A DNA stretch of 64,000 bases from Octopus vulgaris (taxonomy: Eukaryota): positions 8,804,001-8,868,000 of the forward strand of contig OX597828.1 of assembly GCA_951406725.2 (NCBI GenBank), read 5' to 3'. Within the stretch, counting starts at the first letter, position 1. Each line of letters opens with the position of its first letter. Positions 41,365 to 54,100 of the stretch are shown in pieces. Under the pieces are notes generated by a model. It made no database searches, was not told the DNA's origin, and saw nothing but the letters and a program-made list of their open reading frames with translations. Both the position numbers and the translations under genes were made by a program.

Positions 41365-41927
41365 ATGTTAATTTGTTTGGTGGATTTATGTTTTTATATG
41401 CCATATTTGAATGTTTCAGTATGATCTGAAGAGACGCACAGGCACAGCATGAGGAGAGTAAACAAAATGGCATTTATCATAAGAACGGAATGTGCCGGAT
41501 AAATGTTGTGAGAGTTATGGCAGGGTCCGTAGATTACGTAGCGATATGTGCGGGGTTATTTTAGCTTAGTGATAATTGTATAGAATATGAAGAATATGGC
41601 TTATGGTAAACTGTATAATGATGATTCCATAGCGCATGTCCTATGTGAGCTTAAAGACGCACAACATTGGCATAAACCTCGCGTAAAATGATGCTTTGCT
41701 ACTAGTTTTCGATTCTTTCATATACTGCCGAACTTTTGCTCGTCATATTTTTCAGTATCGACAAAAGATTTCCAAACAAGGTATGATAGGTTAGGAGGCA
41801 ATTAAATAAGAAATACTACTGTAGCTGTGCTGTTGCTACTGCTGCAGTTGTGCGTGTGTTGCTGCTGCTGTTGATGTTGCAGTTTCATCTTATAATTGAT
41901 TGCCATTATCATTGCTATCCTTATACA

Positions 41928-42110
41928 AGGCGGCTAGGTGGCATAATCCTTAGCATGCCGATCAAAATGCTTCTCAGCATTTCGTCCGTATTTAACTCCT
42001 TAATGCGAATTCCGCTGTGGTCGAATTTTCCTGTTATTATTTTGGCGGCGATAAAACAAGTAAGTATTAGTTGATCACTGGCATCGATGTTATGGATTTA
42101 TTACTTCCTT
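41928..42110 (+). mobile_element. Old SINE family A copy
   Basis: AGGCGGCTAGGTGGCATAATCCTTAGCA..AATTCCGCTGTGGTCGA..GATAAAA..CACTGGCATCGATG. Confidence 0.6.
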
Positions 42111-42132
42111 TAGAGCGTTGGTTTTATGATAA

Positions 42133-42217
<85 letters not shown>

Positions 42218-42929
42218 TAGTAGTTTTATTTTTATTTTTATAGCATGCTTTCACTTCACTACCGAGCGCAGCTCTGTGTGCCTTGGGTATGTGCTGTGAT
42301 TTGTTGTGATGCTCTGATGGTTATTGTATGGAAAGTGTTCTGCGTAGGATGTGGGCAGTGCCTAGTAGTGCAATTTTCTGTATGTTATATGTGTTTGTAA
42401 GTCCTGGTGTTTTTGTTATGTATTTGTCTGAATATTTTTTTATCATGCCTAATGCACCTACTATGATAGGAATTGTTTCTGTTTTCAGATTCCACATTCT
42501 AGTTACCTCTATTTCCAGGTCTTTGTATTTTGAGAGTTTCTCCATTTCTTTTAGAGACACGTTGTCATCTGCCGGTATTGATACATCAATTAAAAAGCAT
42601 TTTTTTTCTTCATGATCTCTGACAACTATATCTGGTCTGTTGGCCTTAATTTCTCTATCTGTGTGTATCGGCATATCCCAGAGTATGGTTGCTTTCTCGT
42701 TTTCTGTGACCTTTTCTGGTGTGTGCCTATACCATCTTTTTTCTGTTGTTATTCCATAATGTTGGCATAGCTTCCAATGTATGTAGGTTCCAACTCTGTC
42801 ATGTCTGTGAATATATTCCTTCTTAGCCAGGACTGGGCAGCTAGAGATAATATGATTTATTGTTTCTTGTCCATCTCCACATATTCTGCAGTTACTTGTA
42901 ATATTTCTTTTCACTACATGTTTTTGGTA

Positions 42930-42931
<2 letters not shown>
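42218..42931 (-). mobile_element. Young 5'-truncated R4/Dong-clade non-LTR retrotransposon inside (TAA)n
   Basis: (TTA)n on both sides (42134-42217, 42932-43000); uninterrupted C-terminal ORF plus about 100 nt of 3' UTR. Confidence 0.92.
42321..42914 (-). CDS. R4/Dong ORF C-terminus: CCHC zinc knuckle + restriction-like endonuclease (truncated, no genuine start)
   Basis: CRICGDGQETINHIISSC, RHD, RPDIVV..IDVSIP, EKLSKYKDL, PIIVGALG. Confidence 0.9.
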   Translation of the reverse strand: MKRNITSNCRICGDGQETINHIISSCPVLAKKEYIHRHDRVGTYIHWKLCQHYGITTEKRWYRHTPEKVTENEKATILWDMPIHTDREIKANRPDIVVRDHEEKKCFLIDVSIPADDNVSLKEMEKLSKYKDLEIEVTRMWNLKTETIPIIVGALGMIKKYSDKYITKTPGLTNTYNIQKIALLGTAHILRRTLSIQ

Positions 42932-43002
<71 letters not shown>

Positions 43003-43004
43003 TA

Positions 43005-43389
43005 TAGTCTTGGAACAACTTCCAATACTGGAGATGTACTACGGTGTCAGCTGTTCATTGCCAGTGGACTAAGGTAATACCCCTTATTTTTCGAGCACTA
43101 TCCGGAATATTCGAGCTGTTCCAAGCAGTGCTGTATTCTACAAGTGCTCTACCGTTGTTGCAGCCTATATTTGTTCCTTGTACTTCTCAAGATTTTTACC
43201 CACTGTTTCCAAGGCTCCGACAATTATTGGTACTACTACCACCTTTTTCATCGACAACAACTGCTTAACCGCCCAAGCTAACCTGTTATATCTATCGACT
43301 TTACTTTCTTCCTTATCACATACTTTCTTGTCAGCTTGGCACGCTATACCTATGATCAAGCATCGTTTGCTTTCTTTCTCAATTAAAAC

Positions 43390-43390
<1 letters not shown>
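43005..43390 (-). mobile_element. Second, different R4/Dong-family 3' fragment in the same (TAA)n tract
   Basis: KRCLIIGIAC..KEESKVDRY..VVPIIVGALETV; (TTA)n on both sides. Confidence 0.82.
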
Positions 43391-43456
<66 letters not shown>

Positions 43457-43457
43457 T

Positions 43458-43612
43458 CAGGCGGTGACAAGGCAGAATTGGTCGCACGCTATACGAGATG
43501 TTTAGTTCCATTTAATCCGTTTCGACACTCTGGGTGCATATTCCCCAAAGTCTACTTTCACGTTCATACGTTTGATAACTAGTTTGAGCGGTGGAGTCGA
43601 TGTAATCGAGCA
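43458..43612 (+). mobile_element. Old SINE family A copy
   Basis: GGCGGTGACAAGGCAGAA..GTCTACTTT..TGGAGTCGATGTAATCGA. Confidence 0.5.
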
Positions 43613-44209
43613 GCGCCCTACTTGTTACTACAGCGCCTTCTACTTGTTACTACAACATATTCATTATCAACGTTGTTTCGGGGCAGCTGTATTTCAAACT
43701 AATTTGGGTAGCGTAAAAAAACATCTAAGTAGCAATTGTTTGATATTTTAACGACACCCTCTTCGCATCACTTTATCTTTTGGTCAGTCTTATATCGATA
43801 AAGTCGGTGACGGTCACGTATAAAGGTTTACTTGATTATCTGTAAGAGAGCAGCGTACTTCAAAATATTTTGCCTCGTGAAATCAATATTGTTAAAAACG
43901 AGAAAGTGATAGGTACATTCACTTCAGTAAAAAGAAGAGTAAAAGATTTTCGAGATTTGTCAATATTTTTTTATATTCTGACACTTTTTTCTAATTTCTT
44001 ACTGACATTATTGATAGCCTCGTATCTAACCAACAATTTAGGCAACTATCTTATTACGGCTCGATCATTCGAGAAAGAAAAATGTAATAAATAGAAAAAA
44101 CACACATAACAAAAAAAAATTAAATGAAACATAGAAGTAAATTTGATATATAGATGTTTCTAAATACACATATATAAATTGCATACATTTAACGATATGA
44201 CTATTTAGA

Positions 44210-44600
<391 letters not shown>

Positions 44601-45317
44601 GTGTGTGTGCGTGTATCTCTGTGTATGTGTGTGGGTGTACGCTTGTGTAGTGAAAGAAAGAGGAATGCAAAAATATAATATATAGTAAATAAGAAGCACA
44701 ATGAATTAATGTGTTTGATGTCTACGTAGAGACATATGTGATTATGCATCAGTAAATATGTCTATATCTGTATTTATACGCAGTATATATCCGTTTAAGA
44801 ACAGAGATATACACATCCTTTCGTAGAACCAACCAATACTCAATTATGCAAATATAAAAGAGATATACATATGTCATACATAGACAAACGTAAACACACA
44901 AATGCACACACATATACGTATAGAAACAAACTCACAAACACACACACACACACACACCTACGTACACTCACATACATATGTGTGTGTTTTATTGTGTATA
45001 TTTGCGTGTCTTGATATACCTTTTTTATTGATATTTATATATAACCGCACTCATATATACACACATATATACATATATATTCAAGTTCATGCAAAGATAT
45101 AAAATAGGTATGGTACATACATAAAGATAATTAGATAGGTAAATAGATAGATAAAGATTGAGAGAAAGAGAGTCAGAGCGGGAGAAAAGGAGTAATACGT
45201 TGTTAGATTTGTAGAGAGAGATCTATATACAAAAATTGACTTAAAGCTCAAAGAGAAAGAAAACGATAGCGAAAGTGTGAAAGCGAGACAGCAAGAAATC
45301 AAGGGAGAGAGGGGTAG

Positions 45318-45715
45318 AAGGAGAAGAGGAAGAAGAAGAAGAAGAAGAAGAAGAAGAAGAAGAAGAAGAAGAAGGAGAAGAAGAGGAAGAAGGAGGAGGG
45401 GGGGGAGGGGGAGGAAAAGAAGAAGAAGAAGGAGAAGAAGAAGAAGAAGAAGAAGAAGAAGAAGAAGAAGGACAAGGAGAAGAAGAAGGATGAGAAGAAG
45501 TAGAAGAAGAAGAAGAAGAAAAAGAAGAAAAAGGGGAAGAAGAAGGAGGAGGAGGAAAAGAAAAGAAGAAGAAGAAGAAGAAGAAGAAGAAAGAAGAAAA
45601 AGAAGAAGAAGAAGATAAAGAAGAAGAAGGAAAAGCGGAAGAAGAAGATAAAGAAGAAGAACAACAAGAACAAGAACAAGAAGAACAAGAAGAACAAGAA
45701 GAAAAAGAAGAAGAT
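45318..45715. repeat. About 400-bp nearly pure-purine (GAA/GGA)n tract
   Basis: Directly visible; source of the poly-R/E/S/F/L ORFs. Confidence 0.96.
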
Positions 45716-45886
45716 AATGGAAAATAACAGTAAGGCGTTGAAAAAAATTGCAAAAAGACATTCTGAGCCTTTCTTTTACCAGTTCCAAAATAAAACAAAG
45801 TTGCTTTCAAAAAATCATGTCTAAATAAAACAGTTGCTGTATCTGTCCGATCTGTCTGACTTGTTTTTAAAAAATGAATATTAGTT

Positions 45887-45932
45887 ATGACTAAACATTA
45901 TACCATACATGCATGTGTGTCCGTGTATATAC

Positions 45933-45965
<33 letters not shown>

Positions 45966-48052
45966 CATACATATATATATACAAAGAAACAGAAGATAAC
46001 TCAATCATAAGAAAAAAATCCCACTTCACCCCTTACAAGGGAAGTGACAAACACCTTGACACGTACATAGAAACAATATCCAAATTCCCTCTTCACACAC
46101 ACAAATGCAAACAGAATCTCCGCAGAGAAGAAAAGCAAGCCCTACAAAAACTGAAAAATGACAAATCAATCGTTATAAAAGAAGCTGACAAAGGTGGAGC
46201 AATAGTAATTATGGACACAGATTACTACAAAGAAAAGATACTAGAGTTACTGAACAACCAGACATATTACAAAGAGGAACCAACACCACCGGAGAAAACA
46301 ACAATAAGAAAAATTAGAACTTTAGTCAATGAATATCAGGACTCCTTTACAGATAAGGAGGAAGACTATCTATGCAACTCACAAACCAAAGAAAGCAACT
46401 TTTATGGATTACCTAAAATTCATAAAAGCTCGGAAATACAGAGAGCCATAAAGGAACAGAGGAACCACTACATAAGAGTACAAAGACCTGCAGACCTCAC
46501 GATGAGACCAATAGTGGCAGGACCCCAGGCACCAACACAACAACTAAGCCACTTCATAGATATACTCCTCAAACCTCTATGCCCACAGATTCCAAGCTAC
46601 ATAAGGGATGACATAGACTTCCTCACACACATTCCAAATACAGTCCCGAAAAACACCATACTTGCAAGCTTTGATGTCACAAATCTATACACAAACATAC
46701 CACACACCCTATGTCTAGAAGCTATAAAACAATCAATAGAAAAATACAGAGAACTTATAGATGAACGCTTCAAGACAAACTTTATCACCCAAGCCACCCA
46801 ACTAATACTAGAAGAAAACACATTCTCATTCAACAACAAGACATACCGACAGATAAAAGGCACGGCTATGGGTACAAAATTCGCACCTTCATATGCCAAC
46901 CTAGTGATGGGCTTCCTGGAGAAAAAACTATATGACGAAATAGGGAAAGTCTTCGAACACGACTTCAGAGAAGACATCAAGAAAAAGTGGAAACGCTACC
47001 TCGATGACTGTTTCATCTTTTGGAACAGATCAGAAGAGGACCTACAAACATTCCACAACATCCTCAATACGCTGCACCCATCTATCAATTTCACAATAGA
47101 TACCAGCCACAACGAACTTCCCTTCCTAGACATCAACATCAAAATACACAACTCCATCGTCACAACAGACATCCACTACAAAAAAACTGACACACATCAA
47201 TACTTAAATTTCCACTCCTGCCACCCATCCCACACAAAAAGAAACATCCCATATAGTATGGCACGACGTATATGTAGCATAGTAACTGATTCACAAATAC
47301 GATTAATAAGACTAGATGAACTCAAAAGCTTCCTCCTAGAGCAAAAATACCCCCTTAAACTAATAGAAAATGGAATCACAAGAGCATTAAAACTAGACAT
47401 CACACAACTCAGGACACCCAAAACAAAAAACAAAGAAAACACTATCCCTTTTATAAACACACACAACCCTGGAGTTACCAACATCTTCCAAACCATACAT
47501 TCAAACCTACCAATAGCCTTACAGAGCCCCAAAATGAAAAACATATTAAACAAATATAGCATAAAAAACAGTAGACGACAGGACAAAAACCTAAAAAAAC
47601 ACCTAACAAGAGCGAAATTCTCTTCAGAAACTAAAACGGAATTCTTTGCAAAAGAGTGCGGAGATGGTAGATGTGGGACCTGCAGCAACCCCACCTACAA
47701 ATACATAGAGAGCAACAGAGAGATAAGATTTAAAAATGGTGTCATATTCAAAGTAAATGCAGATATGAACTGCAAGACGCAGAACGTCATATACTGCATA
47801 ACCTGCCCCACATGCAAGGAGAATTACGTAGGAGAAACTGGTAATTCTTTGTGCCAGCGAGCCAGGATCCACCGACAACATATTCGGCAGGAAGAACTAC
47901 GCAAAATACCACTAAGCACACACCTAGCTACATGTGGAGAAGGAAAATTTAAGATATTTCCCTTCTACAAGTGTCCGAAGAATGACACCCCCTTCAGGAG
48001 GAATATGGAAAAACATTTCATAGCTAAGTTCTCCCCCAAATTAAATGGCTGA
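45887..48052 (+). CDS. PLE reverse transcriptase + GIY-YIG endonuclease (the first ~31 codons are flanking DNA/microsatellite, not element)
   Basis: IKEADKGG (DKG motif), FYGLPKIHK, RPIV, SFDVTNLYTNIP, QIKGTAMGTKFAPSYAN, RYLDDCF, LPFLD, SCHP, CGDGRCGTC linker, VIYCITCPTC..YVGET (GIY-YIG), R..H, E, PKLN; no internal stop over ~690 codons. Confidence 0.96.
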
Positions 48053-48813
48053 AACTTTACTCAACATACATTGAAGGAAAAATCTGTGTGTGTGTAGATG
48101 TGTGTATTGCCTGTTATATACATCATATTATATTATTATCTTTATAATTCACTTCCATCTTTACCCTTTAATTGTCACTTTAATTTTAACTTTCCTATGA
48201 CATACAACTTTCAAGATGGTATAATTTGGTTGTTCATTTTGAACCGATAAAAAGGTTTTTTCAAATATTTTATGTATAAGTCTGTGTGTGTGTATATATA
48301 TGTGTTGGTATAAATATCAACACACAAAAATATTTTTCTTCTCCACTTCCTCCCTTATTTTTATTTTTATTTTTATTTTTATTTTTTTTTATTTTTATTC
48401 TTTATATTTTTATTTATTCTTTATATTTTTTTATTTTATTTTTTATTTTTTGTTTTTATTTTATTTTATTTTTTTAATTTTTTAATTTTTTATTTTTATT
48501 ATTATTATTTTTATTTTCCCTTTTCTCTTTTTGTCTCTCTCCCCTTCTCCAAACACACAGACACACACACACACATACACACACACACACACACACACGC
48601 ACACAAAAACACACACAGACACACAGAGACACACACACACACACACCTCCACAGAATGATCATAGAAAGTGTGACCCCAAATGACATTTGCCAGGCCAAC
48701 CTATGCACAACACACACTCAGTGACATTGAAATGGACAGCCAAAGTTCTTATAAAACCACAGGGGGTCCAGCAGACCAACGGAAATAACACTTCTTCACT
48801 CTCAGATATAAAT

Positions 48814-48893
<80 letters not shown>

Positions 48894-49104
48894 ACATATT
48901 TTCTCTCTGTCTCACTTCCTCCTCACCCACTACTACGAAACTATAAAAAGGTTCAAACTACCCACAACTGATTTGATTTGAAAACCCACTAGAATGGGAG
49001 CAAGCGCTAATCCGAATGATATGATATATATGTAAAAAATGTAATATATAAATAAATATCTACAAATATGAACCATCTGATCTGATTACCTCAATTTTTC
49101 TAAT
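45980..49104 (+). mobile_element. Penelope-like element (endonuclease-containing), 5'-truncated, embedded in (TA)n
   Basis: RT + GIY-YIG ORF followed by about 1 kb of 3' region with (TTTTTA)n, (CA)n and a hammerhead-like motif; TA microsatellite on both sides; 3' boundary inferred. Confidence 0.88.
48975..49012 (+). ncRNA. Hammerhead-like motif (U3-A8 core) in the PLE 3' region, damaged
   Basis: GAU-UUGAAAA-CCCA(cuagaa)UGGG-A-GCA (for GAA)-AGCGCU palindrome-A-AUC. Confidence 0.5.
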
Positions 49105-49108
49105 ATAC

Positions 49109-49141
<33 letters not shown>

Positions 49142-49173
49142 TATACATACATATATATATATATACACACATA

Positions 49174-49228
<55 letters not shown>

Positions 49229-49241
49229 ATGTATATATATA

Positions 49242-49317
<76 letters not shown>

Positions 49318-50175
49318 TATGTTTGTGTATGAGTGTGTATGTGGGGTAAGCACTATATGTAGCCATATATATATGTATATATATATATAATATATAATTA
49401 AATGATGAATGAATTGGAAATTATGCAATGAACTTTGGGCTGTTTCTTGTATATAATTCAACGGATCCAGAGCAGAGTGTTTCTGTAATAGCCTATAGCT
49501 TCCTTAGAGCTTCTAACATAAAATGCAAATTTATTTGGGAAAGGATTTCCATATATATAGGAAAGATTACCAATGAAAACAATTAAAATACATAAGAAAT
49601 TGACTATAGGTTTTGATGGACATCTCCATATTTCTAAACGATTTTCTCCATCAAAACCTCTTCTAGGTATATGTAGATTGATATATCTTTGCATATATAC
49701 GCGTGTATGTACAAATGTGCATAATGAGCCTCTAAGTAAATAACTATTCATACATATAGAGAGGAGGTGGGATACAATGTGAAATATTTACTACATTTTC
49801 GATTTTTAGAAAACAAATTACAATTGTTGACTATATTACAAATATATATCAACTAATTAAATGGCCTTCTATAAATACATTGAAAACCCCATAACACTTA
49901 GAATACTTTTTCAGAAATTTAATTCATCTCTCTTTGGGCATATAAAAGACAAATTTATGCGGGGCAAAATGAGTAACACAAAGTGAAGTATGTTAGCCTT
50001 GCTAATCTTCTAGAATTACTTTACGAAATCGAAGTTCATACACATTGATACCCATCATTAGATGTCACAACAATCAAGAATAAAAAAACTGATTCAAATC
50101 AAAGTGAACCTTGGAGAAGTGTGACATGAATTGAAATTGACGAAAAGCGATTAAATCTACAACTTAACATAAATT

Positions 50176-50410
50176 GTGACGCATATTTGCCATTTGAATA
50201 TGGCTAACCCCTAAGGGTGGATGCTACTGTAGTTTGTAGCATCATTGTTTGATTTCACAAGACGGGGAGGATGACTTCCCTTCACAAATACTGAGAGGGC
50301 ACAGATAGTGTGTCTATAGCCAGCTGGAGGAGATATCTTCCTGGGGCTACAAACTACAGTAGCATCCACCCTTAGGGGTTAGCCATATTCAAATGGCAAA
50401 TATGCGTCAC
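50176..50410. repeat. Perfect 65-bp inverted repeat with a 105-bp spacer
   Basis: 50176-50240 is the exact reverse complement of 50346-50410; no TSD seen. Confidence 0.95.
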
Positions 50411-50769
50411 GATGTGTTACCGCTACTGTTTATAACTCGCTCTGAGATTTATTATTAACATAAATTATTCTTCCGAATTGCTGAAATGACTCTCTTATAA
50501 ATTTACGCACCTTGTTATTACAAAGAAACAACTACTGAAATTTATTATTACTCATTTTGCCCTACTTCACTCATCAAGTTTTAATTTTAAAATTTAAAAT
50601 GCTGGAATTAGACATTACTGATGGAAAAAATTGACTTCGAATCCAACAGAGACAAGAATTTGGTTTGCTAAACGCTCAAAATTTTTCCAGATATTTTCTT
50701 GGCAACCTCAATTAAAATAGGGGCGAATTGATACATACATATTATATATGTATATATACATATTTATAC

Positions 50770-50851
<82 letters not shown>

Positions 50852-50945
50852 GCATACATATTCAGACAAATATATATATATGTGTGTGTGTGTGTGTGTT
50901 TATGTCTCTGTATAGATGTATATATGACATATACATACATATACG

Positions 50946-50977
<32 letters not shown>

Positions 50978-51291
50978 GTATTTATATGTATTCAGGTAAG
51001 GTATGCAAATGTATAACTTTATAAGCAATACATTATATACGTATATACATACATGCATTTATACATACAAATACCACTTACATGAATATATTACTGGGCG
51101 TGTGTAATTGAAATTCATATTTTTCGCATAAATTATATTCATCTGTTTATGTAGAATATGATCTACAATTATGTGTATGAACGTATTTAAGCATGATTTG
51201 TAAGAGTGAAGTTATAGTTGATTTGCTATTTATATATATGACTATATTGTTAAATATGCCTACCTTGGTAGCGGCGTATACTTCTTTATTT

Positions 51292-51327
<36 letters not shown>

Positions 51328-51587
51328 AGACAGAGAAAGGGAGAGCGATGACGAGAGAGTGAGATATGCATATAAATGTACATACAGTCAAAAGTACACT
51401 TGCACATTTCTCATTCTTAATTATGTACATTCACGTTCTGCGATTTCGCTATGCTCGCATGTATATTTGTATGCTTAAATACTTCATTTTCTAAAGCATA
51501 TTCGTAAAATAAAAGAAATAAATGAATGTTAAGTATCGAATGTTCCTTGGAAATATACATACGCACACACGTATATATATATATATA

Positions 51588-52019
<432 letters not shown>

Positions 52020-53269
52020 GTCCAATGTAATATACAGATATTAAGCATATATATCAAAATGTTAACTATATTTGTTGCTGTAAACTCAGTACCCTCAGGG
52101 TTGTATGTCAATATGCATATATGTATGTTTGAATGTATGTATATATGTATGTATGTATAAGTAACTATAGATGTAGATATGTATAAATAGATATAGATGT
52201 AGATATAGATATATATTTATGCGTATATATGCTTATATGCATATATATATACAATCGTTTTTGAAAAACATCCATACTCATCTGCATGAAATTTTTTCTT
52301 CTTTATACACTTAATTATTTTTGATAATTCCTTAGATTTCCTCTGGAACTTAAAATTTCAGTATCTTGGCCATCGTAAATTCTTTCCTGAAGGATTCAGT
52401 GGTGACCTGTTATATCTATGGTTTATAAGCAGTGCCAACGTAATATGTGTAGGTAACAATAGTGTGATTTCATATTACTAAATTCAACCCATGTCTTTCA
52501 TACATGTCTCATCGTGAAACTTCTTTAGTCAAGGAGAGAAAAATATAATAATTTTATCGACATTTCCACCATCAATAAAATGTACAGAGCAATTGTAATA
52601 TTACCTCATATCAAATCGTTCTAGAATATAAAATACAAAACATGTTCATGTCCTTCTTGGTAACTTTCGACAGAGTAGAGACATCTAATACATTCGTGTT
52701 ATGCACTATTTATTCAATTCCATCCATAATATAGGAGTTTAAAAAGACGGTAGATCGTTGTGTAGGACGCACTGAGTAAGACCCTGAAGTATTTGCTTTT
52801 AAAAATGAAAGTCGTTAAGCTTCCTAGATGCAGGACCATCTTAACTAAACACAATCCTACCGTAAACTCATTAATAAGAAATATGTGAATGAAAGCTTCA
52901 AAAACCCATCCGTTACAATACAACTCATTACAAACATTATGAAATTCATATCTCAGTTTTGAATAGATAAGTATTTGTTTTAACGTGCATTTTCTTGTAT
53001 TCATATGTGTCTGTAGACGCATTCGTACGCATAATCTCTTTTATAATGTAAGTATTCCTATATAGACTCAGATAATATTTGAAGAGGTGACAAATATTCA
53101 GATGTATTCAACCGATTGCCGACCTGTCATTATTCTGGGTATTGGGTATCTAGTACTTCATTACGCACAAGGAACATCCATTTTTCAGATGTGCCTGCGT
53201 AATTACATTGACATATGACTACTAATTAAAACAAAATATATTGAATCTAATTATAGACGTTCTCACGAC

Positions 53270-53575
53270 TGTTTTCATTTTGAGCTCGTTTTCAACCACG
53301 TGGTTTCGTGTTCAGTCCCATTATGCGTGGAACATTTGCCAATGGACTTCCACAATAGTTCAGGGTCGACCAATGCCTTGTGACTGAGTACGTAGACAGA
53401 AAGTGTGTGTAAGCCCGGCGTGTATAAACGCGCTTGTGTGTATGCGTATGTGTCTTCCTGTGTGCGTGTGTGTGTGTGCGTGCTTATGTGTGTGTCTTTG
53501 TGTCAGTATTTGCCCTCATCGCTTGACAACTCGTATTCGATTATTTACGCCCCCATAACATTAGCGTTTAGCTGA
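53270..53575 (+). mobile_element. Old SINE family C copy
   Basis: CAACCACGTGGTTTCGTGTTCAGTCCCA..GGGTCGACCAATGCCTTGTGA..(TG)n..CATCGCTTGACAAC; matches both 41209-41364 and 40470-40515. Confidence 0.7.
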
Positions 53576-54100
53576 TGTGTCCTCAGTTCATTCAGCAATA
53601 AAAATCGAGTGAAAGTCACACTTCTTTTCTCGAGAAATGGCGACGACAGACTGTTTTCGGTCATAATTCTCAAAAGAGAGGATAGACCTGCATAAATTTT
53701 GAATTTCCTCTTTGATCATATAGGTGTTCCATCCGTCGTCACTGAAGTCTCAATCTTGACCTTTTTGTTTTAGGTGTATCAATAAGAATAACCTCCCTTT
53801 TCTTTTTCTTTCATCTGAAAAATGGTGGTGGGATTTTACAAAGTCTTTGCTACTACTTTTTCTAACATCCCTTTGACATCACATAGTGCTTCAGTGACAT
53901 AGCACAGTAATTTTACAGGAATGAATATCAATGATATTGGATCCGTCTTTAAAGTGCTGCTTATTTACGAGATTGTTTTTAGCCACAATAATGTCATTCA
54001 TACCTCGGTATACTTATCCAAATGCCACCTGCAGACTCAATGGATCGATGAACTTGATAGCATCCGAACATGCACAAGATAACAACCGAACGTGAAGTGC
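53576..54100 (-). pseudogene. Fossil hAT (Charlie/GTF2IRD2-like) transposase fragment
   Basis: Broken minus translations HLDKYTE (cf. LDESTD), SVTTDGTP (cf. SVTTDGAP) and DFHSI (cf. FHCIIH) occur in the right order. Confidence 0.4.

Noticed and set aside
45887-45979. ATG and N-terminus (MTKHYTIHACVSVYIHTYIH...) of the 721-aa ORF
   Set aside because: This part runs through flanking DNA and a (TA)/(TACA) tract. It is a chance in-frame extension of a 5'-truncated PLE, not evidence of a domesticated gene.
46597-47881. Antisense ORFs (127, 165 and 85 aa) within the PLE; likewise 17128-17457 and 42328-42615
   Set aside because: Shadow frames of real retroelement coding sequence, with no independent motifs.
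48190-48250. Possible SECIS (ATGA..AA..GA) downstream of the PLE stop, as in selenoprotein-coding Naiad elements
   Set aside because: AUGA pairs Watson-Crick with UCAU instead of forming the GA/GA quartet, and the ORF has no internal UGA; the terminal TGA follows the normal PxLN end.
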